From Chromera velia (lineage: Eukaryota): DNA of 64,000 nucleotides. Below, piece by piece: positions 39,832-50,187 of the stretch. The stretch is from NCBI GenBank assembly GCA_018398765.1, contig JAHBMJ010000444.1:1-64000 (forward strand). The letters are read 5' to 3'. The notes beneath the pieces were generated by a model. That model was not told the origin of the DNA. It searched no databases and saw only the letters and a program-made list of their open reading frames with translations. The position numbers and the translations under genes were made by a program. Within the stretch, counting starts at the first letter, position 1; each line of letters starts with the position of its first letter.

Positions 39832-42800
39832 TCCCGCCCCCGCCCCCCCTCTCTCTCCCTCCCCACTTCTCTTTCTCTTTTTCTGTCTCTCTCTCTCTCT
39901 CTGTCTCTCTCTCTCTCGTTCTTAGGTCTGATGGAGAACTGCACCGTCCTAGTGTGTCTTCTTCCACTTCATCATATTCATTGCCCCCTTTCGTCCTTTT
40001 CTTCTCATTTCGCTTGACTAAATCATTCGCCTCATGATCTTCCTTCCCTTCAGCGCTTCCTGCCCCCTGTACGAGGCATCCAGCCTTCAGCATGCGCACT
40101 CACAAGTTTTGCGTGTGTGCGGCAAGGGAAGGGAAAGGTCCTGCGGGATGTATTCAGATGTTCTGATGGGTGACACCTGGCATCTGTCGCTGCACACGGC
40201 TGTGTCCATCCATCCATCCACCCGTGCATGCCTGCAGGACCTGGGCCTGAGGCAGCTTGTGCAGAGTCGGCAGAAGTTCTCACAATTTGCCCCCCCCCCT
40301 CTGGAGGTCCAGCAGACACTAGGACTGCTCCTAGTAAAGGAAGCAGAAGCGTGCAGGGAGCTGGAGTTCAAAAAGACCAACATGAGACAGAGAGCCGGAT
40401 TTACTCCTCAAAGAGCATTCGACTTTTTGGACTTTTTTCGGGAAGGCGTACTCACTTGCAGTCAGTCAACCAGCCGGGCACTCAGTCAGTCAGTCAGTCA
40501 GTCTGCCGGCCTCGATCACACGTGGAGTCTCCCTTTGGAGTTTCTCCTCCTGAAGTGATTTTTGTTCTTTTCTTTTTGTGCCGTCCTCTCTCTCATCATT
40601 TTGATTATGTGATGTGTCTCCTCTCTGCATCCGTCTTGGACTTGCTCTCTCTGAATTGCACCTCGGTACTATTTTTGCTGAAGACACTCACTCACCCACA
40701 GATTCTCTGAACTCACGGTCTGCCCGCCTCTCAATTCTGCCCATGCACTTGCAGACGGTGTGTACCAGATATGGTCGCAATACTGCCCCGACTTGACGAA
40801 CTCCGATTTGAAGGCACTCTTCCGGAGATTTGACAGGTCGGCTCTCTGGCTTCAAGGGAGGGCTATTTCAGTGTTACCATCTACACCTTTCCCTCCCTCC
40901 CTCCCTCCATGTTGTCGGGTTTTCCTTTTCTGTTTTTCTCTATCACTCTCCTGCTTGGTCTCTTTCTCGCAGAGGACCTGTTTATCTCCTTGTTGCGCCA
41001 TTTTGATTCATCTGCTCCGTGTCTCAATAACTGGTTCACCTCTTGCCTTTTCCGTCTTTTGGTTTGTTGCACATCCTGTGGCCTTCCCTCATTCCCCGTT
41101 TCGCGAAAAAAAAGCTGATTCTCTCATGTTTTCTTCTTCCCTGCCTTTTGCTTTCTTTTTTCGGCTTCTACACAAATCGAACGAATGGTTTCCCCCTCCA
41201 ATGCACACACACACGTGTGCTTTCTTTCATGTGTGCAGAGACCGTGACGGGGTGATTGCCTACGAGGAATTCCTCCGATCAGTAGAGGCGTGCCCTCATG
41301 CCGGGGTCCCTGCACTTCCTGGAACTGCTGCAGGGGCAGTGGGGGGCGCTATGGCGTTGCAGCCTGGGGTGGCAGGGGCCGTACCTGGGGCAGCAGGAGG
41401 GGTAGGAGTGGTCGGGGTTGGAGGGTCCCCGGCAACTGGTCCTGGTCCTGCTGCTGCAGGGGCAGGGCTCGGGGCCCCCCAGCCCTTCACAGGCGAGAGG
41501 GGAGGGAATGTGAAAGTCTACGTCGGCCAGCTTCGACTCAAGTACTTTGACCTTGGCCCAGTTGTGGGGAGGAAGTCAGTCGGCCTTCATGTGTGACGAT
41601 GCATTCTTTCAAAAAATGAAGGATGGTTAACCGTGATTGTACAGAGTTTGTTTTGCGTCGGGGGGACATGCAGATCCGGGGGGCGGGGGGGAAGGGAAAC
41701 ATCAAGTGACAATCCAGGTAAGCAGGTTCGTCCTTCACTGTCACTGCATTGAAAGCAGGAGATGATCAATTGATAGAGAACGCGTTTGAATACAGTCAGT
41801 GCATGATGGTAAATCAGTGGAGAGTGAAATCCTCTCCACACACTCGGATCACCCACATGCACAGTATAAGGGCCCTTCTCTGGTTCTCTTGTGTGCACTG
41901 GACACGGAGATCTTCTCTTACGCATTCTTATGTGTTTCCTTCTGCTTTCTGCTTTCACTCTTGCCCCTCTCTTTGAAAATTCATCCGAGCAGCGCCGCTC
42001 ATCTGTTCCTTCTCGCACACAACTGCGACCACGAGTTGGAAGGAGTACCGGTAGATCCTGAGAAGCTGGACGGCACCTGGGCGCCTGTCAAACGTCGGCT
42101 GGTGGAGTCTGGTGACAATCCTTCTGGGACGCTCCCTGTGCTCTATGCAGAGGTGAGTGAGTGAGTGGTAGATCGATCGCCCTATTGCTTGGGAGGTCTG
42201 TGAACTGATAGAGAGACGAATGAAGGTTGTGGGTACCAGGAAAGAGAGCCCTGACATTCACTCACAGCTCAAATAAATGGTTGGAAACGTATCTATCTGC
42301 CTGCAGGGCCGGTGTTTGTCGGGATCCACGCCCATTCTCCGGTTCCTCGCGAAGAAGCTTGGCAAATATGGACTGGACTTGTGGAGGGACACAACAGCAG
42401 ACGTTGTGGTCAGTACTGCGCTGAACGAGAGGTGAAAGAATCAAAATTTACACCTGCGCAGAAATTTATTTCCCTTTTTCACTCTTCTATTTGCTTACTT
42501 CACTTCTCTACTTCTCGGATACTTGTTTGTTCGCTAAGTGTCTGTGTTCCGTCTCATCTGTACAGCATAAAAAAGGAGAAGGGAATCGTGATTCAACCAG
42601 AAGAACAACATGAGGGGAAGGCATCGTGACGACCGCGTACTCGATGCAAAACTCCATGAAGGTTCCATGGAGAGTTCTTTTCCCATTAGTAGCTTTTCGC
42701 ATGATTCACTTGTCTCATCGTCACTCTCTCAATTCTCAATTTGGTCCCACTTCATGCTTTTGGTCATTCTTAAAAGGTTGGGTGGGTTCTTCACTCATTC

Positions 42801-43993
42801 ACTGTGGGGGGCAACTCCCCCTCGTTCCCTGCGCTCTCTCTGCGTGCAGTGTGACCGCACAGATGAATGGAGATCTGACATTCAGCAACACTTCGCACAC
42901 CTCTTCTCACCCACAGTTGGAAAAAGCGATGCCTACACAGTCAGTGAGTAAGCACGCTGCCTGCCTGCTGCCGGTCTGGTTGTTTATCTGTTTGTTTGTC
43001 TGTTTGTCTGTCTGTCTGTCTCTCTGTCTGTCTGTCTGACTGTCTGTCTCTGATGAAGTAAAGGAGGGAGAAGAAAAAGCACACAGTCTGTCCGCCTTTC
43101 TCTCCGTCCGTCCGTGTGTCTGTCACTCTTGCACACGATTTATTTCCCGCATGCCTTCCATTCCCCCTTTTTGCTTTCATCCCTGGCTTTGACCCTTCTG
43201 TCTGTTCGGAAGCAAAGCAGCAAGCCAACACAAAATGCTCCTGGCACGAGAGTGGAAGCAAAACCATGAGTGCCTCGAAGTCTCAAATGAAAACACAGAT
43301 ACTATTCTCACCATCAGAATGGCAATCATAACAAAGGAGCTTCATCATCACATTCTCTTTTTGTGAGGGAATGAATGCAGTTGGGAGTCAGACAACGACA
43401 CTACGACTGCCTTGAAGCCTGGCTATCCAAAAGCGGGCAGGACTTCTACACAGGAGCAGACGTCCACTACTGCGACTTCGCTGTCTGGGCCTGTCTCTGG
43501 GATGATCTCAAACTTCGGGGAACGAGCCTCATAGAGGTGCATCCGCGTCTCCTGGTCAGTCCCTCTGCCTGTTTGCAGGGTGCTTGCTGAGAAATTCTTT
43601 TTTCTTGTCTTCTCCCAGGGACGTTCTTGCCTTTCCCTCTCGGTATCCGTCTGGGTCGCTCTGGTTTTCAGCCTCCCCGTACTCCAGTCTAGCTGTCTGT
43701 CTGTCTCTCTGTGGTGTCCGTCTTTCGGTTTGGGTGCGGCAGTAGTCTTCTTCTTCCAGTTGCGCTAATTTTCAGGCTCGTTGTCAGCATGTGCTGTGTG
43801 CCCGAGGACGGACTTCTGAGTCTCACTTTGTGGTATGACTCCGCTTTCGTGCCCTTTCCCTTTCTTCTCTCCCCCCTTCCCTGTCTGTTCTCAGAACCTG
43901 TACGCAAAGATCCGCAACCTTCCTGGCATAGACGCCTGGGCGAGCAGCACTCACGTGAAGGGGGGAACAGGGAACGCCGCTGTGTTGCGATAG
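37398..43993 (+). CDS. EF-hand + glutathione S-transferase fusion protein (~523 aa); exons 37398-37469, 37942-38035, 38804-38918, 39350-39374, 40238-40460, 40755-40836, 41239-41574, 41993-42152, 42307-42408, 42850-42939, 43381-43554, 43895-43993
   Basis: EF loops DKDGDGEISPPD and DRDRDGVIAYEE, plus two degenerate partners (DRRSAGCISASD, DFFREGVLTCNG), are followed by a Gly/Ala/Pro linker. GST-like motifs follow: LKYFDL..VGR, NPSGTLPVL, LSGSTPILRFLAKKLG, GADVHYCDF, HPRLLNLYAKIRNLPGIDAW. The exons total 1572 nt in frame. Confidence 0.82.
39495..39880. repeat. Three tandem copies of a ~129-bp compound microsatellite unit in an intron
   Basis: The unit (CT)n-TTTCTCTCTATCTATCTATCTGTCTATC...CTTCCCGCCCCCGCCCCCCCTCTCTCTCCCTCCCCACTTCTCTTTCT starts at ~39521, ~39650 and ~39779. 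Confidence 0.9.
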
Positions 43994-44669
43994 AGATCAA
44001 CGGACCACAAAGAGAGAAAGAGGACAAAGGAGAAGGGAAAAGAAAAGAAATCTGAAGACAAAAAAGAAAAGAACTTTTCAAGGTTCATGGATGGGAATCT
44101 GGCCACTCCGACAGAACATTTCGCACACGCCTTTCACCTACTTTCTTCTCCAACCCTCCCTCCCAGCCTCCTCTTTCCTTTGCGAAACAGGCCTCCAAGA
44201 AGCTTCTTCCCCCTTGTGTACACAATTAAAAACACACCCTCTCATCGCAAGTTGCACAGACAAGAGACTGTTCTTCGCAAAAACTTTCCTTCGGCATGCT
44301 TCTTTTGGCAACAATGTTGAATATTTTGCATTTAGAAAATCGCATTTGATTCACCTCGTTTGTGTATGATTTTTTGCACTTAGACTCTTAGATGGCCGCT
44401 TCTTGAACTGCCAGTGCATGCATGACTTCACACTTCTACTGAATGGAAGAAAGCGGCATGTAAAAAAATCAGACAACAAAAAATTCATGACCATGCACCT
44501 AGCCATGCACTTTGGACGTACTAAATTTTACTGGAATTTTCTAAGTTATAGTCTAGGTTGTAGTACTATTATACGACTTCTAATGCATCTGTTTGTATAT
44601 GTATACAACGTATATAGGTTTAAGTATACTAGAGTAAATATGTCTTGAATAAATTACAATGTACAAGTC

Positions 44670-44909
44670 TAGGCGTCGGCTAAAGAAAAAAAAAAAGAAA
44701 AAAAATAAGTGATCAGAGGAGATTTTTTTGTTTCTTTTTTTTTTTTCCTTTTTTACCCCCAACAACACTTAACAACAGTTGTGTAACACATGAACAACAC
44801 CTGTGCAACACTTGAACAACAGTTGTTTGACTGAAAAAGAAAAAAAGAAAAAAAAAAGTAAAGGGTTAAATTTGGGAGAATTTTTTTTTTTTTCTTTAGC
44901 TGACGCCTA
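44670..44909. mobile_element. MITE-like element (~240 bp)
   Basis: TAGGCGTCGGCTAAAGAAAAAAAAAAA at the left end is inverted against TTTTTTTTTTTCTTTAGCTGACGCCTA at the right end (1 mismatch). The element has TA termini and is non-coding. Confidence 0.6.
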
Positions 44910-45319
44910 AGCACAAGTGTTGCTGAGTGTTGTAATACCGTTGTTCAGGGTTAAAAAGTAAAAAAGAAAAAAAAAAGATCTCCCCCGATCATACTGGCAT
45001 ATTTTTTTATTTTTAGCCAACGCTTACTAGGTACGTGTTATACAATGCTCTAGACAATGCTAAATTAGATCTAATAGAATGCTTCCTACTAGAATTCCGA
45101 AGACAGAGGTGGTACTTAACGAAGGCTGATTCGATTTTTTCTAGTATTTTTTCAACTGAATGCGTCTATGGAATCGATGTCAGAATCACAGTCAGACTCT
45201 ATAAGTTAGACTTAGAAACACTCAGCTAAATTAGCAGCCATATTGATATGACGGTTTGTATTCGTGCACCTAGCCGTACGTTCATCTCTAAATACGTACA
45301 CACGCCGAGCGTTCATTGA

Positions 45320-46543
45320 CTGTAGTGTTGTACCTCGTGACGCCATCCCACCATCACTAGTACCGTTGCTGTTCAAATTTTGGTCATTCTCGCATATATG
45401 TGTGCCACCTTACGCCGTCTTTGCTTGAAAATTGTTTTAATCGCCCCGGTGCCACTAATGCTCGCACCAGTAGTACATTAAATGACACGTTATGTCTATC
45501 TGGCCCTGGAACGCTCAGGAAAGCTTGTTTTCATGTTTGCACGGGGACCAGTCACACGGCAGTCAGATTCAATATCCGCTGAGATCGTTTGTCGCTGAGA
45601 TCAGTGCAGTCATGAATTATTTTGTCATCTGTCAGTATCGCTAGCAATCGCTAGAAGAAGTAATAGTTCAGCTTCAAACTATCAATCTTGCGACTCTACG
45701 ATGCTCTACGAAGTGCTAGTCTCGCTGCTAGACGAACTGCAAAGGATTTATCTACATCTAATCTTTTAGCTGACTGAAAGTTTCAGACTAAGCTAGAGTC
45801 TAGGCAGGTCTAGGCCCTGCATTACATAAAAAAAAATAAAAGATCGGAAAAACTTTTTTTAAAATACATTTTTTATTTATTTATCATGGTAGTCAACAGG
45901 CGAACAACTGTTGTTCAAGTAGTATTGCAAAAGTGTTGCATGAGATGTTGCATGAAAAGTAAATGTTTTTTGGTTAATAGTAAAATAAATAAAAATAAAA
46001 AAAAGAAAAAAAAAGATCGGGAACTTTTTCCTCACATTTTTTTTTAATTTTTTTATTTATGCATGGAGTGCAGAGCCTATAGTCAATCAATCAAGCAATC
46101 AGTCCTGAACATCTGATGATGATGATAAGCTAAATCTAGAGCTGAATATACAGAACGTTCGATAACGTATCATATTTATAGTCATATATTTCACTTTTTT
46201 ACTCTAATCTAAGCAATCTTTAATTAATCTGCAAAGCTTCTTTTTCATCTCCGTAAGATATGCAAAGAGGTGAATAATAATATAGATAATTCATATACCA
46301 GCCTATAAAGTTAGGTTCAGGGAGGTCACTGTAGTGTCCTACCTCATGACGCCATCCCACTATGCATCGCTAGCACCGTCGCCGTTCAAAGTTTGGTCAT
46401 TGTCGCATGCGCGCCGCCTTTGTTTGAAAATTGTTAGCTTCGATCGCCTGCCACCAGTAGCATATTGAATGACACGTCATGTCTGTCTAGCCCTAGAAAG
46501 CTTGTCTTCGCGTTCCGACGGGGACCGGTCACTCGGCGGTCGA
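45320..46543 (+). repeat. Diverged ~210-250 bp direct repeat pair (45320-45570 and 46330-46543)
   Basis: Both copies read CTGTAGTGT..TACCTC.TGACGCCATCCCAC...GTTCAAA.TTTGGTCATT.TCGCAT...TTGAAAATTGTT...AATGACACGT...ACGGGGACC.GTCAC.CGGC.GTC. Confidence 0.85.
45811..46079. mobile_element. Degenerate MITE-like element (~270 bp)
   Basis: Imperfect inverted ends TAGGCCCTGCA...AAAA and TTTT...TGCAGAGCCTA. The internal AACAACTGTTGTTCAAGT matches the 44670 element in reverse orientation. Confidence 0.4.
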
Positions 46544-49500
46544 TATTAAAGTAGATTAAAAATGATTAAAAAATTGAAATAAATATGTATACTGACTAGT
46601 ACACGCATACTGATAGAGACTAGGATTCGACATGTTTTTGTCCTCCTTCTTCCTTTTTATAATCATGAACGTTTTCCTATTCAAAAACGAAAAAAAGATA
46701 GGGTAGGACAGAGACTACTAGTAAAACAAAGAGAAACTACAAGAGAAATAACTAGAGAAATAAGTTGTAATTGTAAACTTAATTATGCTTATACGGTTAT
46801 ATCTAAGGTTATATACCTATATCTAAAATTATACCTAAGATTATAGTATCATAATACAAATAAAGACTGAATGAGAGAAAAATCTATTTAATGGAAAGCA
46901 CAATGCATAGATGGATTTTGAAATGATGAAATCAATTGAATGAAACGATTTAATGCATGTATACTAAGGTGGCAACCCGCTTTCTGAGCCTGTCTCCACG
47001 GAGAAAGTTGCTTGACTGCAAAGCCACAGAGGAATGGGCCGGGTTCAAACGGTGTTGTCCTCATGTGCACGACGGCAATCGATCATGTGCTTGACTTTTG
47101 ATCGATTGTGACCGTTCATAATCTTATCAATCGATCGACTCCGATCAAGATCAGTCTACCCAATCAATAGCCAGTTCTGTTGTCAGACCACATCTCAAAA
47201 ATACAGACGGGCCAACAGAAGACAGACGGGGTAAGTGCACCTGTGTGTCAGAATTGGTGTACGCTGTACGTTCGACTGCACAGATGCATGCATGCATGAG
47301 TCGCACAAAGCCTGGCTTCATGCAGACCTGCCCGCCTTCATGGATCGATGCATGCGAGCGAGTAGACTGATGGAGGAACGAACGCACCATTTCCTCTCTG
47401 ATGGCCGTCAGTCAGCAAGAGGCCAGCGGTTGGTTTTCTGTTTCTGCTCTGTCTTCTTGTGTCCACCAGCAGCTGGAAGGATCGAAAGACAGAATGGATG
47501 AATGAAGAACGAATTCGCGAATCTGTTCGACCAATCGATCGAGATCGAAAAGGGAGACTCAAGGGAGGTATGCAAACAAACAAACAAATACACACAGATA
47601 CAGACAGAGAGAGAGTGGAGGAGTCGATTCCTGTCAAATTGCTCCTGCCTGCACAAATAGAGTGAGTGACGCAAAATAAAATGGACTCGTGAGAAAAAGA
47701 AAACAAAGACGAGGAAGGAGAGACGGGCTGTGTGAGAGCACCCATCTCACCTGAATTCCTTTTCTCCCAACCCGTGCCAGGCTACCATATGGATGGATGG
47801 AAAGGACGATTGATTGTCGCATTCATCGGGTTTCTCGCCAACGACACAACATTCGATCTCGCGGTCGGTCCATGCACCCATTCGCTTCCCTCTCTGCATC
47901 CACCCACCCACCCTCCCGTGGGTGTCTAGTTCAGTCCAAAAAATCGTTGACGGCTCCCAGCTCGAGGGAAGGGCCTCCCTCTTGGACCCCCCCTCCGTCA
48001 ATCCGTCCCCCCGTCCTTCTTTCCCTCCCTCTTTCTTGTTTGTTGCACCGGGACGGATCCATAAATAGGCAGGATGGATGGATAAGAGAAGAAGAAGTAG
48101 AAGAAGAAGAAAGAGCGACAACAAGAGGACAAAAAGAAATGAAGTGTGCATGCACAAACAATTAATTTGTCACGACTAAAGGGAGAAAGAGGTAGAGGTC
48201 GAGCCAGGGCAGCACCCGCGTCACCTCAACATCATCCAAACATTACCACGCAAACACAGACCATGCATGCATAGGAAAGAGCTTCGCCTCTCTTTCTCTC
48301 TCCGCAGCCAGAACTATTACCATGAATGAGGGAGGTAGGGCAAGACAAGGGGGTCTCGGTTGAAGCCGGCCTTTCTGTCTTCTCTTCTGCTTTTCCTTTT
48401 TGAGGGCAGACACGTGTACGTTGATCATTTCTTGTCTCATCTCTCCTTCCTGCTCTGATCTCACTATTGAACTAATTCACTTTTCCATCGGTCTATTCCA
48501 TTGTTTCTTCCCCCTCTTTACCAGCGCATCGGCCGGCCTTCATCCTCTCTCAAGACGTGGAACGAAGAAAGGAAGGAAGAAAGACCAGAGAGAACGCAAT
48601 CGTTCAAAATCGTGTACCGCTTTTGCTGCAAGGTTCTCTCCTGTTAATTCTTCATGCATGACTTTCCTCATCTAATTCATTCTCTGCATGCATGTCTCTG
48701 CCTGCCTGCCGACACTCACCACACGACACGATGAGTTGTTGACCCATTCATTCAAAGAGAGAGAATGCTAGAATGAATGAATGAATGATTCAATGACTGA
48801 TCAGTTTTGCAGCCTGCCACTCACTCTCGAGTTGAGGCTGCATGAGGAACGCAAAGCCTTCCTTGGGAGGGAGGTCTTGTCTTATTGTGCGCCCTCAACC
48901 AGTCAGACTGCGAAACCACAAGTAGAACGAAAGAACGAGCATGGCAACTTTCTCTCTGTCTCTACCTCTCTTTCTCAGACACCAACCGTATGCTTCTACC
49001 GTTCCATCATCAACCTGATCGACTCGAGACTGACTGATCTTTCTTTCCGTTTTTTTCTTTTTGTCGGTGATTTGTTGCTTGTGATCCGACAAACACTCCC
49101 TCCTCTCCTCACTCACTCACAGTTTGACTTTTTTTCGTTCTGTCGTCTTGATCATGAAGAGGTCTCTCAGACTCTTGAGGGAGACCCTGCAGGCTTTCAG
49201 ACCCTTTTGTAAGTCCCCAGGTCTTGTGAGTCATTCCTGCAGTCTCCCTTATTCTGCATCCAGCCCCGGCAGGCCCGAAAGGCAGATCTATCGATCATTT
49301 GATTGGCAGACGGACAAAAACAAACAAATAAAGCAAGCGCACACACAGACAGACAAAGAAGCCAAAGAAAGACCCCCCAACACGACCTGTCCCTCCCAGC
49401 ATTCCTAAGCAGCTCTTCCCCCATGGGCAAACCCTTCTTTCTCCCTTTCCTTTTCTTTCCTTCCCTTTCTTGTCTGCAAAGCAAACCAAGTCTGGAACGG

Positions 49501-50187
49501 AAATGAAACGAAGGATCGAATCAGGCTTTCTCATCTCATTTGAGTCATCGCCCATCAGTCGGTCAGTACTGATCTGCACTGCGCGCTTGGCCGTCTCATC
49601 AAGACCTCAACATTCGAGAGCGAATTTCTTCTTTGACCGACTGGAGCAGAGATGGAGCGTTACGTTTTTCTTGTCTATGGCGCAAACTGTGGGGAACTGA
49701 CGGCGAGCATCTTTCTTTCTCCCACTCTTTATTTTTTCTTTGTGCCTGTCGGTGTTCTTCTCCCCCTTTCCCCCCCCCACCTTCTTAATCTCTGTCCCCG
49801 GACCGATCAGATCAATTTATCTAAAGACAAAGAGGGACGCCAGAGAGATCAAATTTGAAAGAGCGCAGCCAAATCAATCAATCAATCCGATCCGTACAGG
49901 ACCATCAAACAGAAGAAGAAGAAGAAATGAATGCAGATGGCGCGAAACACATCGGGACGGCACGACCAGACAGACGCACACCCTCTCTGTGAATCAACAT
50001 TCCCGAAAGGAGAGGAGAGAGGGAGAACGAAAGGTCGAAGGAAGAAAGAAAGACAGAAAGGACGAGAGAGAGAAGAAAGATCATGTTTAAATTAAAGAGG
50101 GAAGGAGCAATATCCATCCGTCAGCAGAGACATTTATTCATGAATCATTTGCAATGAATCAGCTTCTGTCACTCTCTCTGCGCTCTT

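Noticed and set aside
39495..39880. Regularly spaced repeats resembling a CRISPR array
   Set aside because: There are no unique spacers and no cas genes; this is a tandem microsatellite unit in a eukaryotic intron.
1055..48700. Frequent TGCATGCA (ApiAP2-like site)
   Set aside because: It occurs widely in introns and next to acceptors, so it cannot be assigned as promoter sites from sequence alone.
46900..50187. Possible additional gene
   Set aside because: Only short low-complexity ORFs are present, and no supported exon structure was found.
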